From an uncultured virus (IMG/VR IMGVR_UViG_3300027780_000008) (lineage: Duplodnaviria; Heunggongvirae; Uroviricota; Caudoviricetes): a stretch of 64,000 nucleotides of DNA. This document shows, one piece after another, positions 7,848-18,273 of this stretch. How positions within the stretch are numbered: position 1 is the stretch's first letter; the number at the start of each line of letters is the position of its first letter. The DNA is taken from the IMG/VR virus record IMGVR_UViG_3300027780_000008; one strand, written 5' to 3'. The position numbers and the translations under genes were made by a program. The notes beneath the pieces were generated by a model that was not told the origin of the DNA, ran no database searches, and was given only the letters and a program-made list of their open reading frames with translations.

Positions 7848-10745
7848 TTAGTCATCACTTAAGTTGGAAATACCAGTAGTTATACTTACCGGTAATTGTT
7901 TCATTGTAGAATTCAATGCTATTAATGTAGTATTTAATTTTCTAAAGTCGGATTTCATTGAATCATTAGATCTAGGTTTTGGGGTATTACCTGTTAATGC
8001 ATCTACACCTCGACCTATTAATCCTCCAATACCACCTCCACCACCAGAGCTTTCAGACATTATATCTCTAATTTCTTCAACTGCTTTTGCTAAAGCTACA
8101 TATCCATCTCTTCTTCTAGGTAACTCAGAACCAGATTTAAATAGATCACCAAAGGCTACTGTTTTATCGATATCAATTTTATTAATAGAATCTGCAATTT
8201 TTGAAATTCCATCAGCCGCCTTTTCTAATTGACCTTTTTCTGCAACATCTCCTAAGGTTACAATAAATGATTTAAAATCATCTAACTCTTCAGACATTTC
8301 AGGATTAGCTGTATAAAGATCACTAAAGGCAGTTCCTATAGAAGTTAATAATTTACCTACTGATGTAGAAACAGCTTCTGGTTCAAAATCACCACTAAAA
8401 GCCTTAAGACCTTTTGCAATATCAGTTAATGCTGCACCTGCACCGTCAACAGCTTCAATACCTTTTTGTACTTTATTTTCATCCCATGATATTCCAAACA
8501 ATCCAGTATCAGTTTCTTCCATACCACCAATAGAAGCAAATGCTTGTCCTACTAATCCTAATGTCACTTTAATTTTTTCAGCAATTGCTGTAGGATTTTC
8601 AATACCTGAAAATGTAGATAGTGCTGTAGCTATTTTACTTAATTCATCACCAGCACCTTGTACTGATTGTATACCTTCTTGTACTTTATTCTTTTTAATT
8701 CCAAATAAGGATCCAAAGAAACCACCAGCTGCTACATTACCTTCAGATGCAACAGCAGAGAATGCTTCTTGCACAAAACCAATTGATTTAGATATAGCAG
8801 CACCAACTACATCAAAATCTACCTTAGAGTCAACTAATTTTTGAAATTCAGTTAAACCAATTGCAATATCTTTTAAAGCTTTACCTGACCCTTGTACTGA
8901 TTCTAAACCTTCAGCTACCTTATTCTTTTTAATTCCAAATAAAGATCCAAAGAATCCACCTGCCTCAACATTACCCTCTTCAGCAACCGCAGCAAATGCT
9001 CTTTGTATAAATCCAACTGTTTTAGCTATAGCATCTCCTAATACGACAAAGTCTACTTTACTATCTACTAATTTTTGAAATTCAGTTAAACCTCCTGCTA
9101 TATTAGTTAAGGCTTTACCTGCATCCATTACAGAACTAATACCTTTCTTAGTGGCATTAGGACTAAATGCGTTTCCAAATACTTTTCCAAATATACCTGT
9201 TGGTGTTGCAGCTTCACCACCTGCTTGAGCAAATGCTGTACTGATTCCTGATAATACTGTTGCTAATTGTAAACTTTGATCAGAAGTCCAACTTAATTTT
9301 TGGTATGCTTTTAAACCTTTTGATAATACTATTAATGATAATCCTGCTGCACCAAATCCTGCAGCAGCTGCTATCATTTTAACAGAATCAACTGCTCCAG
9401 TTAAAGCTCCACCAATAGAACTAAAGAATCCACCAACACCACCCCCGCTAGGCGGTCCTATAAATGCTGCTTTTACACCAGCTAATGTTGTTGTTAATTT
9501 AAGAGCATCATCTTCAGTAAAGTCAACCTTTTTAATTGCTACCAATCCTGGGGCAAGCGCCAATAATGCAACACCTATAGCGGCAAATGCAGCGGCACCT
9601 GGTATAATAGCTACTGCGCCAAAACCGGCAGCAGCAAACAATAATCCCATTGCTGTTAATAATGCAGATTGTATCCCAATATCTTCTAATGTAACATCTT
9701 TAGTTGCATGTGCAAATGGTATATAACCTAAACCAAATACTAATAAACCTATACCCATAGAAGCTAATGAAGCCGCCCCTTGAATAATTAAACCGAATAG
9801 AGAACCTAGTAAAGCAGTTACAACACCAATACCTACTAATACCCCTGCTTGTATAGCTATACCTTCAAGTGTTGGTGCAGTGCTAGCAACGGCAAATGCA
9901 AATAGAGCATACCCTAAACCAAACACTAATAAACCTACTCCCATGAATGCCAAAGCCATGGAACCCTTTTTTATCTGTTTATCAAATAATCCTAATATAG
10001 CAACAGCACCACCTATTAAAACTAACGTGGCAACCATTCCTAATAATATAGCAGGCTGCATTAAAATAAAGAATGTAGTTAATGCAAACACAGCTAAGCC
10101 TACTGCAAATGATTTTAAAGCATCACCTATATTATCTAATGACTTCGCACCTTTCGCTATTGGCTTTTCTGCCATTCCTAATATTAAAAATAAAGGTGTT
10201 ATTAGAGCAACTGCTATGTATAATAACGGAAGACCTATTGCTGCAGGTATTAATAAAAGAGCTGATAGTGCTAATGCTTTAGAAAAGTTAAGTATAGAAT
10301 TACCCATAGCCATCATTGCCTTTGCACCTTTATCCATTTTCTTTGGATCAGACTTAGACCACATTTCTATTTGGGTTCTTACAAAGTCATTAAATTTATT
10401 AATAGTCTTTGTAGGGACTAACGTAAATATTAATAAACCTTTAGCCATAGCTGCAGTACCAGCACCTAACATTTTAAATGCATTACCACCAGCAGCCATT
10501 CCGCCAGTTCCTTTACCTTTACCACCACCCATTAATCCAGCAAGACCACCGCCTTTTTGCTGTTCCATTAACTTGGTTTGTATTTTTAATTCTTTTAGAA
10601 TTTGCTCTTGTACTGCACCACCAGATGATTGGCCAGTAGTACCAACAGCAACAGTTAGCGCGTCTATTGATGCTGCAGTGGATTCTGTCGCAGCCTGGAT
10701 CTTAGTTAAAGGATCCATTAAGTCTTTTAAAGTTACAACAGCCAT
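7848..10745 (-). CDS. Tape measure protein-like
   Basis: 965 aa, Ala/Gly-rich and helical, with hydrophobic stretches and 78-aa repeats; lies downstream of sheath, tube and chaperone genes. Confidence 0.7.
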   Translation of the reverse strand: MAVVTLKDLMDPLTKIQAATESTAASIDALTVAVGTTGQSSGGAVQEQILKELKIQTKLMEQQKGGGLAGLMGGGKGKGTGGMAAGGNAFKMLGAGTAAMAKGLLIFTLVPTKTINKFNDFVRTQIEMWSKSDPKKMDKGAKAMMAMGNSILNFSKALALSALLLIPAAIGLPLLYIAVALITPLFLILGMAEKPIAKGAKSLDNIGDALKSFAVGLAVFALTTFFILMQPAILLGMVATLVLIGGAVAILGLFDKQIKKGSMALAFMGVGLLVFGLGYALFAFAVASTAPTLEGIAIQAGVLVGIGVVTALLGSLFGLIIQGAASLASMGIGLLVFGLGYIPFAHATKDVTLEDIGIQSALLTAMGLLFAAAGFGAVAIIPGAAAFAAIGVALLALAPGLVAIKKVDFTEDDALKLTTTLAGVKAAFIGPPSGGGVGGFFSSIGGALTGAVDSVKMIAAAAGFGAAGLSLIVLSKGLKAYQKLSWTSDQSLQLATVLSGISTAFAQAGGEAATPTGIFGKVFGNAFSPNATKKGISSVMDAGKALTNIAGGLTEFQKLVDSKVDFVVLGDAIAKTVGFIQRAFAAVAEEGNVEAGGFFGSLFGIKKNKVAEGLESVQGSGKALKDIAIGLTEFQKLVDSKVDFDVVGAAISKSIGFVQEAFSAVASEGNVAAGGFFGSLFGIKKNKVQEGIQSVQGAGDELSKIATALSTFSGIENPTAIAEKIKVTLGLVGQAFASIGGMEETDTGLFGISWDENKVQKGIEAVDGAGAALTDIAKGLKAFSGDFEPEAVSTSVGKLLTSIGTAFSDLYTANPEMSEELDDFKSFIVTLGDVAEKGQLEKAADGISKIADSINKIDIDKTVAFGDLFKSGSELPRRRDGYVALAKAVEEIRDIMSESSGGGGGIGGLIGRGVDALTGNTPKPRSNDSMKSDFRKLNTTLIALNSTMKQLPVSITTGISNLSDD
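8655..9150. repeat. 234-bp (78-aa) tandem repeat in the tape measure gene
   Basis: GLTEFQKLVDSKVDF...GGFFGSLFGIKKNKV occurs twice; ttctttttaattccaaataa at 8689 and 8923. Confidence 0.8.
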
Positions 10746-10758
10746 TTAGATTTTATTT

Positions 10759-10962
10759 TTAAAATTTAGGCATGGAGATTTTTGGCATTGTAGGGGTTTT
10801 AAATTTACTAGCCATCCCATCCATATTGTATTTATCGTTGGTGTCTTTAGTATTTTGTTGCTCTTGCTTATTGCGCTCTTTCAATAAGTCATTATAGATT
10901 TCTAATGTGTACTCATATTCATAGAAAGGAAGCAAATCCAACTCTGAAGGTTGGAGATGCAA
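10759..10962 (-). CDS. gp51-like/tail chaperone C-terminal module; frame open up to 11049, possibly reached by +1 frameshift
   Basis: LQPSELDLLPFYEY..LEIY..LLKE pattern; only a TTG start; the frame overlaps the end of the upstream gene. Confidence 0.6.
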   Translation of the reverse strand: MHLQPSELDLLPFYEYEYTLEIYNDLLKERNKQEQQNTKDTNDKYNMDGMASKFKTPTMPKISMPKF

Positions 10963-10987
10963 CTTTTCTAATAATAATACTCTAACT

Positions 10988-11986
10988 TTAAAGAAGTTCA
11001 GTAGAGATATCTGGAATAAGGAACAAAGCCTTGATACCGCCGGGAAACGTTAGAGGAACAGTGACCTCCTCACTGCAGCTTTTACATGGAAATACCATCT
11101 CCGGTTTAACACCGACTTTCATATCTTCAGCTAACCTGTAGACAATTGTATATTTTGTAGCATCCCAGCCTTGAAAAGATGTAATCTTAGAGAATATATC
11201 CTTTTCATTCCAACCTCTCCATTCTCTCTGTAGATAAGGTAAGATAGCTAGAGTAGATTTATCCCAGCTTTGGTTTTTCTCTTCTCTATCTCTGATATAA
11301 TCAGTTATAGCCCTCATTACACCTATTGTAGGTGGGGCCATTTTAATAATACCATAATTTTTTGTTGCGACTGAATAACATTTATCAGCATCATCATAGT
11401 ATTTTTCAAATCTCTCTACAACAGAATTAAACTGTAAATTATCTGTTCTTAATTCTACAGATTCTTGAGAGTTACAACTAGAAGTCTTGCATGATTTTCT
11501 ACTTATAGGCATCATTAATGTTTGCTCACCAGTTTTGAAAGTTAATTCTCTAATTGATAGTATTAAATAAATTCTATCTTCTTCAAGAATATCTTTATAA
11601 GATCCTCTCTGTGTACCATACGTTACTTTAGAACATGCTACTACAATGTTATTTAAACCTTCATCTACTTCCTTTAGGTTATTTTCATCAATAGTAGAAA
11701 AGTTTCTAACCTCAGCAACCTTTGCAGGTCTAATATGAATTTCAAAATCTTCTCTATAAAATTTACCTTTTGATGGAAAGCTGTTAAGATCCAAACGAGT
11801 ATAGCCTATCATTGCATTTAATCGCTGAACTTCAGGATCATCATTAGTAACTTTATTCATTTGTCTAGCAACATCAACCTTTCCTAAACCTGTAACTACA
11901 TCTCTAGGAGTTTCTGTAGCTTCTACTGGTATACCTTCGGCTGCTGCAAATTCCTTCTTAATATTTTCTTCGTGCTCGTTTGACAT
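10988..11986 (-). CDS. Baseplate hub/tail assembly chaperone (T4 gp26-like)
   Basis: FPSKGKFY, IRPAKVAE, DRIYLILSIRELT, two Cys pairs, MAPPTIG; lies between the tube and tape measure genes. Confidence 0.65.
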   Translation of the reverse strand: MSNEHEENIKKEFAAAEGIPVEATETPRDVVTGLGKVDVARQMNKVTNDDPEVQRLNAMIGYTRLDLNSFPSKGKFYREDFEIHIRPAKVAEVRNFSTIDENNLKEVDEGLNNIVVACSKVTYGTQRGSYKDILEEDRIYLILSIRELTFKTGEQTLMMPISRKSCKTSSCNSQESVELRTDNLQFNSVVERFEKYYDDADKCYSVATKNYGIIKMAPPTIGVMRAITDYIRDREEKNQSWDKSTLAILPYLQREWRGWNEKDIFSKITSFQGWDATKYTIVYRLAEDMKVGVKPEMVFPCKSCSEEVTVPLTFPGGIKALFLIPDISTELL

Positions 11987-11989
11987 TAT

Positions 11990-12460
11990 TTAGTTATTTT
12001 TTATTAATTTTTTCTCTGTGGTTGTTTCTTCAACTATATGCTCTACAATTAATTGTCTAACGTATCTTGAAATGGCAACAGGTTTAATTCTGTTTTCCAT
12101 TGATTTTTGTATAATAATTGCATTAAGACTATCTTCATCACTAGGAGTTAATAATACTTGCAATTTTTTAGTTAATCTTTTCTTTTGTGGAATAAGTTCC
12201 TGTACAGTTTCATTAAAACCATATTTAGGATTATCAGATTTAAATTTATTAATCCAATACTCTACTCTTTTTAAAACATCACTTAACGATTCATCAGCTT
12301 TAAAGACTTCCATAACTTCTCGCTTAAATGCTTTAGTTCCAAAATCCTTTACTGCTCGTTTAATGTATTTTCCTGTGCCAAAGTTGTTTGGGTTATCATT
12401 TACTGAATAACCTACATAAACCTTGTTTGTTTTTTCTTGTTGTAATTTATAGATAATCAT
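11990..12460 (-). CDS. GIY-YIG (Seg-like) domain fused to a putative ribbon-helix-helix domain
   Basis: IIYKL...KVYVG, GTG..IKRA..DFG...FKRE, YGFN; C-terminal KKLQVLL..helix..ISRYVRQLI. Confidence 0.7.
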   Translation of the reverse strand: MIIYKLQQEKTNKVYVGYSVNDNPNNFGTGKYIKRAVKDFGTKAFKREVMEVFKADESLSDVLKRVEYWINKFKSDNPKYGFNETVQELIPQKKRLTKKLQVLLTPSDEDSLNAIIIQKSMENRIKPVAISRYVRQLIVEHIVEETTTEKKLIKNN

Positions 12461-12503
12461 GTTTCTATATTATATAATTTATATTATATATTGAGAAGAA
12501 GGT

Positions 12504-12539
12504 AAAAAAACTGGGATAGCTATAAAACAATCCCAGTTT
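12504..12539 (-). terminator. Intrinsic terminator after the tail tube gene
   Basis: aaactgggat/atcccagttt stem, followed by a U7 run on the minus strand. Confidence 0.75.
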
Positions 12540-12557
12540 ATGTTAAATTAATTTATA

Positions 12558-13112
12558 TTACGATCCTACGTTCTCTTCAACCCAATGATCACAACGATAA
12601 GTCATTGTTAAATCAACTGCGTCTGGAGTAGTATAATTTAGTTCATCCACAAAATCCATCTGACCAGTTGGGAATACATCTTTAAATGTAATCTTTCTGA
12701 AGATATCACCTGCTCGGTTATATTGAACAACAATCATACTTCCTACGTAATCTTTCTTTAATCCCATTTCACCAGTTAATGGATCATAGATTATATTAGT
12801 CCAATTACGGAATGTATTATAGATGTAGTTTTCATTAGCTTCATTCAAGTTAAGACTGAAGTTAAGAGCTAGATCAACAAATGTTTGACCTGGCATACTT
12901 GCAAATGATCTATCTGCAAATTTGTACTTTTGTCCAATTGCATCAATTGATGGATTTAAGTTATTTAAACCTCCAATTGAATTTACCTGTTCTAAGATAA
13001 GACCAGTATCATCCCCTAATGGAGAAAATATAGTCACCTCAAAAAGGTTAGGTTGAACTGGTTCGTACCTTTGGCTACTGGCCCTTGACTGGGTATAATG
13101 TGGTAACGGCAT
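12558..13112 (-). CDS. gp19: Tail tube protein (gp19-like)
   Basis: PNLFEV, FRNW.NIIYDPLTG.MGLKKDY, FKDVFPT, L.Y.......L.MTY.CDHW; follows the sheath gene. Confidence 0.85.
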   Translation of the reverse strand: MPLPHYTQSRASSQRYEPVQPNLFEVTIFSPLGDDTGLILEQVNSIGGLNNLNPSIDAIGQKYKFADRSFASMPGQTFVDLALNFSLNLNEANENYIYNTFRNWTNIIYDPLTGEMGLKKDYVGSMIVVQYNRAGDIFRKITFKDVFPTGQMDFVDELNYTTPDAVDLTMTYRCDHWVEENVGS

Positions 13113-13129
13113 AATTTATTTTGTTTTTT

Positions 13130-13137
13130 TATATATT
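13130..13137 (-). promoter_or_regulatory. Class-L (late-type) promoter RATAWATA (representative copy)
   Basis: Copies shortly upstream of starts at 5552, 6113, 12485, 13130, 16434, 19138, 21447, 25008(+), 27340, 31151, 32843, 36255, 37316, 51572 and 60411; analogous to the T4 late promoter TATAAATA. Confidence 0.65.
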
Positions 13138-13153
13138 CGTCTTAGCTAACCTC

Positions 13154-16100
13154 TTATTGGAAGTTTCCTGTACTAATTGCACCGGTTCTTAGAATAGTTG
13201 TTCTTTGTACAAGAATTTCCATTCCTCTTACTGGTTCAATATATGTATCTAGGATACCTACATTCTGATCAATAACTTCTGGTGTATTATTAGTTTCATC
13301 CATTATATTTCTATAATCAAAAACCCCATCATCATTTTGAACAGTTGATAAGAAATTATCAGCTAATGTTTTTATTTCTAATCTTGTTTGAGCTGTATTA
13401 AATTCAAATAAGTAGTTTTTAAGAATTGCATCTATACCATCTTGAATATAAATTACAACCTCTCTAACGTTAATAGAACTTAAAGCAGATTTTGGAACCT
13501 GTTGTGCGGTTTTATTTGCAAATATAGTTGGTCCTGTTCCACTTTGGAATACAATTGGATTTAATCCGAATGGTTCCAAAAAGTTACGATCAGTTGTATC
13601 AAGATTTATTTCTAAACCTACAACCCCATTTCCACCAATAACTCCACGTCTTACACCAGCCACGATTGACCAAGGTAATGCGTTTTCATATTTAAGTATA
13701 AAATTATTAGATACGTTTGCAGCAGGAGGTACATTTATATTCTTACCTAAATCTCTAACTGTTACAAATGGATAATAATATCCACCATAAGAACCATCGC
13801 TCGTTGCTGATGGTAATGAATATCTAATCGTTGGGTTTTTACTAAGATCTCCACCTTCTGCAATAAACTTAGAAGATAGTTGGCCAGTTATTGTTGTAAA
13901 CGTTGGATCTATATTAGTTCTAAAATCTTTCGCTGATGGTGCATTAACAATTGCAAATGCATTTTTCCTTGCTCCACATAATTTAGTAAATATAGATTTA
14001 CAATTTGCCTCTATACCATTTCCAAAAGTATCTACTAAATAACGGAAGTTAATAGTTTCTCTATCAGTTAAGGCATTAGCTAATTGTGTACCTAATAAAA
14101 TTGGACTTAATATTTCATTTTGTCTTGAATTAGTACCATTTGGTAATTTAGTTAATGGATATGCATATCCAGGTAATTCAAAGATATTTAAAAAATCTAT
14201 CCATCTGTCAATTGGTCTATATAGTTCTACGAATGTTGTAGCTTGACCTACTGGCTTGTTAGTATCAATTTCTGATTGAGTTGTTACTAATACACCAGAT
14301 CCATTTGCAGGAATTGATAATGGAAACTCAGCAGGAGTTGCTGTTCTTACAGAATTAATTCTTGTTAATCTTGATGGCGCCGTTGAGCTACCTTCAGAAT
14401 GTACTAAGTAATTTCCTACGATTACTTTTGCAATTTGAGGATTTGTTGAATCTATTACAACTTGATTAGGTAGTATACCAGCTTCTGAAGCATTATCACC
14501 TAAAATAGCTATTGTTAAATTATTTGATCCTTTTAATGTTTGTACGTTTAAAGTATTTGCTGCTACTGCAACTGCCTTAGATGTTAGGAATAATCCTGTG
14601 CCATCTAAAGTAAAATTAGCATGATCTTGTAAAACTGTAAAATCAGCATCTTGATAAGGTATTATTCTTACGGCAGATGGGAAATAAGCTGAATCAGATA
14701 TTGCATAAGGTGTTCCTGCTGGTGTTCCTGTTGGAGCAGCATTTGGAATAAAACCATATGTTGTAGAAACAAATCTTAAGAATGATGTTTGTTGAATTCC
14801 ACCTACATTGTAAACTGCTTCATCTCCATCAGTTAAAGTTCCTAAAGCAAATGCAGCTAATGCAGTAGATCCGTATCCACCTATAATACCAGCTGTTGCG
14901 TTTGATAATGGAAATTCATCAGCTATAAAGTCAATTGCAGATTCATTTACAAATGTATATGATGCTTTAAGCATTATTGCAGGTGTTATACCTCCAACTG
15001 CAGAAACTTGTATACTTGTAATATTACCACCTGCGGCAGCTGGTGTAACTAAAGTAACTGGAACCCAAAATACCGTAGTTCCTACTGTTCCTTGTATAAA
15101 TGATCCTACTGTTGTAGCAGTATTTGCTGTCATTGCTTTCATTGCAGTAAATATTGCATCTTTAGCAGCATTTGCATTTGTTGCTACTATTTGTACGTCG
15201 GTTCCACCAGATATTACTGATGTTGTCATAGTACTAGTTGTAACAGCAGCTACAGTTCCAGCTTCTACTTGTCTACCATAAGCCAAGTCAGAAACAATTG
15301 TTCCACTATATGATAACATATTAATATCAGTTTGACTACTAGTGGTTTGAGCGTATTCAAGATTATGTCCTACTAGATCAATTCCACCAGAAACACCATC
15401 GATAAGTATATCTCCACTAAATAAATCTTCATTTACAGTACAGAATAATCCAGTAGATGCAGTATCAGCATTAATAACTTTTTCAACAAAAAGGTTATTA
15501 CCTAATAGATCTACAAAATCAGGAATTAAACATGCAGTATAAGTTGCAACTAAGTTTACTTCCGGTTCATTAAAAAATTGTGCGATTTTTGTATCAGTAG
15601 CATCGGCATCTAATACTCTTCTTTGTAATCCTTCTGTTGCATTAAAATATTGTTGGAATGTTGGATCTGATTCGAATCTTTTATAAGGTTCTATATCTTC
15701 AAATTTACCACCAAAGTTACCGTCTATCACAAAGACGTCAACGAAGAAGTCAGATATTAAACTATCTTTATCTAAAAATCCTGGTACATTAGCAGAACCA
15801 TACCATTCTTCAACTGTTACTTGGTAAGGTAAAACATTTCCAGGTGCAGATTTTTTTGCAATTACAGATATAGGATTTTGTCCTAAATTAACAATATCAA
15901 AGAAATCATTTACACTAGCAGAATTCAATACGCTAGTATTAGCGCCCATTGCAATTAAAAATGAATTAGTATCTGGATACCAAAATTTGTCTGTATTATA
16001 AAACTTACTAAATTCATAACCATCTGTGCTAGCAGCATATCCTAAGTTACGCTGAGCATCTGGTGTAGCTGATGTTGCAAACCTATTAGCATATACTAAA

Positions 16101-16399
16101 TCAGTTGAAGTTAATGTAAGTAAATTTAGTGCAAGAATTGGTCCTCTTTCCAATGCTGTCAAGCAGCTTCTGTGGAAAAAAGAATCTTTTCTTTCTAAGG
16201 TTCTGTCTATATCACCATATACTTGCTTAAAAAAAGCTGTATCTGGAATAAAGACAGGAGTATTAAACGGGCCTGTCCTAGAGAAACCGACTATAAGTCG
16301 TGTTTGGTTTGCGGGAATACTTACTACTTGACTTTTGTCAAATTCGAAACGATATGTACCTGCAGCTTTAAGAGAAGCGATTTTTGGATCTAGTGCCAT
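13154..16399 (-). CDS. gp18: Tail sheath protein (gp18-like), enlarged
   Basis: VGFSRTGPFNTP, FKQVYG, PWSIVAGVRRG, LNPIV, NKT......ALSSINVR, LFEFNTAQTR, MDETNNTPEVID. Confidence 0.93.
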   Translation of the reverse strand: MALDPKIASLKAAGTYRFEFDKSQVVSIPANQTRLIVGFSRTGPFNTPVFIPDTAFFKQVYGDIDRTLERKDSFFHRSCLTALERGPILALNLLTLTSTDLVYANRFATSATPDAQRNLGYAASTDGYEFSKFYNTDKFWYPDTNSFLIAMGANTSVLNSASVNDFFDIVNLGQNPISVIAKKSAPGNVLPYQVTVEEWYGSANVPGFLDKDSLISDFFVDVFVIDGNFGGKFEDIEPYKRFESDPTFQQYFNATEGLQRRVLDADATDTKIAQFFNEPEVNLVATYTACLIPDFVDLLGNNLFVEKVINADTASTGLFCTVNEDLFSGDILIDGVSGGIDLVGHNLEYAQTTSSQTDINMLSYSGTIVSDLAYGRQVEAGTVAAVTTSTMTTSVISGGTDVQIVATNANAAKDAIFTAMKAMTANTATTVGSFIQGTVGTTVFWVPVTLVTPAAAGGNITSIQVSAVGGITPAIMLKASYTFVNESAIDFIADEFPLSNATAGIIGGYGSTALAAFALGTLTDGDEAVYNVGGIQQTSFLRFVSTTYGFIPNAAPTGTPAGTPYAISDSAYFPSAVRIIPYQDADFTVLQDHANFTLDGTGLFLTSKAVAVAANTLNVQTLKGSNNLTIAILGDNASEAGILPNQVVIDSTNPQIAKVIVGNYLVHSEGSSTAPSRLTRINSVRTATPAEFPLSIPANGSGVLVTTQSEIDTNKPVGQATTFVELYRPIDRWIDFLNIFELPGYAYPLTKLPNGTNSRQNEILSPILLGTQLANALTDRETINFRYLVDTFGNGIEANCKSIFTKLCGARKNAFAIVNAPSAKDFRTNIDPTFTTITGQLSSKFIAEGGDLSKNPTIRYSLPSATSDGSYGGYYYPFVTVRDLGKNINVPPAANVSNNFILKYENALPWSIVAGVRRGVIGGNGVVGLEINLDTTDRNFLEPFGLNPIVFQSGTGPTIFANKTAQQVPKSALSSINVREVVIYIQDGIDAILKNYLFEFNTAQTRLEIKTLADNFLSTVQNDDGVFDYRNIMDETNNTPEVIDQNVGILDTYIEPVRGMEILVQRTTILRTGAISTGNFQ

Positions 16400-16458
16400 C
16401 TTGTATTATATTTTTTTTGTTTATTAGTTTTTTTATATATCTACTAAGTATCTACTTT

Positions 16459-18273
16459 TTATACTAAGTCATAGATATCAAAATTTAGATTCCCACCCTT
16501 TGAATCTTTTTCTAGAATTTCTTCGATTTTAATTTGTATGCCTGGATCTATTACATCATAAATCTCCTCAACAAAATCAGAGAAATCTAAAGTAGTGAAG
16601 AACTCTGAACTGTTTATACAAGTCATAATTAAATCATCATTACCTAATTGCCCTGCATATGAACCATTAGGTAGCTTTCCAAAAGTAGAAGATTCTTTTA
16701 CAGTTTCTTTATCAAATATTTGAATTTTGTTTTGAGAAATGTATTTTTTAAAATTTTGACAAAAAATTGGTTTATTGTCTTTCTTTACTTTAAGGCCAAA
16801 CTGTTTTATCTTAGCATCTACTCTGTGTTTAAATTTAACGATTGATTCTTCATCAAATTCATTTCTTTGAGGAAATACAGTTTCCATTCTTTTTATTAAT
16901 TCACCACCAAACATATTCCATTCTATAATTAGTTTTACATTTTCTGAGAAAAATAAATCGAATGATAAAATATACAATGATTTTGCAAATTCTTCAATAG
17001 TATGAGAATTACTCCTAAACCTACCTACTTGACTTATACCAAAAAAGTCAACAAAACTTCCTGGTGTTGTTACACCACCCCAATCTTTTAAATCTAGCAT
17101 TTTTATTTGAAATATATTAATAACAGAATAATCACCGCCTACACCTTCTGCAATATCTACAGAGAATACCCAATAATTATAATCTTCTTCAATTTCATCT
17201 AAATTAAAACCTGGCTTCCACAATAAACCAGAGTAATCAATTTCAGCATCATCAAATTCTGGTATTTCTTTATGTTCAAATTCTATTTGGTTTTCAGTAA
17301 GCTTTTTTAAACTAGCAGCCCCTAATAATAAAGAAGAGCCTGCTATAAATTGATTTCCGTATTGTCTATTAAAAGCTTCATCACTACCTAAATTAGCAAC
17401 TTCTTGCTGTGCCCATTTATCATCTCTCCCTGGAACATCCCACCAATCAACTCGGAATGGTGTATATTCACTTAATCCTTTATCAGCGGCAGTATAAATA
17501 TCATAGAACTTGTTAAAGCCATTAGGTGTGCTAGTAATTATTACTTTAGAATTAGTTGATGCTGAAACTGTAGGATATACATTTTCATAAAAAGTATCTA
17601 CAAAATTGGCAGGTATATGGGCAAACTCATCCATAAATAATAAATGAATAGTAAAACCAATTGCTGCTTTCTTAGTTGTAGTTTGGCCTATGATCCTACA
17701 ACCATTATCAAACTTAGAGTTAAACACATCCCATTTAAGAGTACCAGGCTTTATAAAGAAGGGTAAATGTTCTAATATAGTTTTACCTTTATCAATAATT
17801 TCTCTTGTTGTAGCACCCTTATTTGAAAGTATTAGCGAATTTTTATCAAAGTTAAATACTGAATACCATGCAATAAAAATAGATGAACATATAGTTTTAC
17901 CAACTTGCCTACTTGCAAGACAAACATTAAATCGCTCTGCTTGAAATTGCCTTAACATTTCTTCTTGATAAGGCCTTAGATTAATTGTCTGTAAACCATG
18001 ATCTGTCATTACAGTACAATAGGTATTAGCAAAGTATACAATATCCTTTGCGCACTTTTTAATTTCTCTTAATTCATCTGGTGTATAATTAAATACAATG
18101 TTTCCTTTTCTTAAATTAGGATTACCTTCGTAGAATGGCGTGGACTTAGGCTTATAACCTTCATCAATAGCTAGCATTAACTGCTCCACTTTCTTTGAAG
18201 TCCATGAAAATTGTTCTTGGCCTTTAGATATCTTTAGTTCAAATCCTGCTGATTCTGCTTGTGGTTTAGCCAT
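16459..18273 (-). CDS. gp17: Terminase large subunit
   Basis: LRPYQ, ASRQVGKT (Walker A), LLFMDEFAH (Walker B), ITSTPNG, SVDIAEGVGGDYS, NDDLIM. Confidence 0.96.
   Translation of the reverse strand: MAKPQAESAGFELKISKGQEQFSWTSKKVEQLMLAIDEGYKPKSTPFYEGNPNLRKGNIVFNYTPDELREIKKCAKDIVYFANTYCTVMTDHGLQTINLRPYQEEMLRQFQAERFNVCLASRQVGKTICSSIFIAWYSVFNFDKNSLILSNKGATTREIIDKGKTILEHLPFFIKPGTLKWDVFNSKFDNGCRIIGQTTTKKAAIGFTIHLLFMDEFAHIPANFVDTFYENVYPTVSASTNSKVIITSTPNGFNKFYDIYTAADKGLSEYTPFRVDWWDVPGRDDKWAQQEVANLGSDEAFNRQYGNQFIAGSSLLLGAASLKKLTENQIEFEHKEIPEFDDAEIDYSGLLWKPGFNLDEIEEDYNYWVFSVDIAEGVGGDYSVINIFQIKMLDLKDWGGVTTPGSFVDFFGISQVGRFRSNSHTIEEFAKSLYILSFDLFFSENVKLIIEWNMFGGELIKRMETVFPQRNEFDEESIVKFKHRVDAKIKQFGLKVKKDNKPIFCQNFKKYISQNKIQIFDKETVKESSTFGKLPNGSYAGQLGNDDLIMTCINSSEFFTTLDFSDFVEEIYDVIDPGIQIKIEEILEKDSKGGNLNFDIYDLV

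Noticed and set aside
9880..10749. 289-aa plus-strand ORF
   Set aside because: Antisense shadow of the Ala/Gly-rich tape measure gene; codon bias explains the lack of stops.
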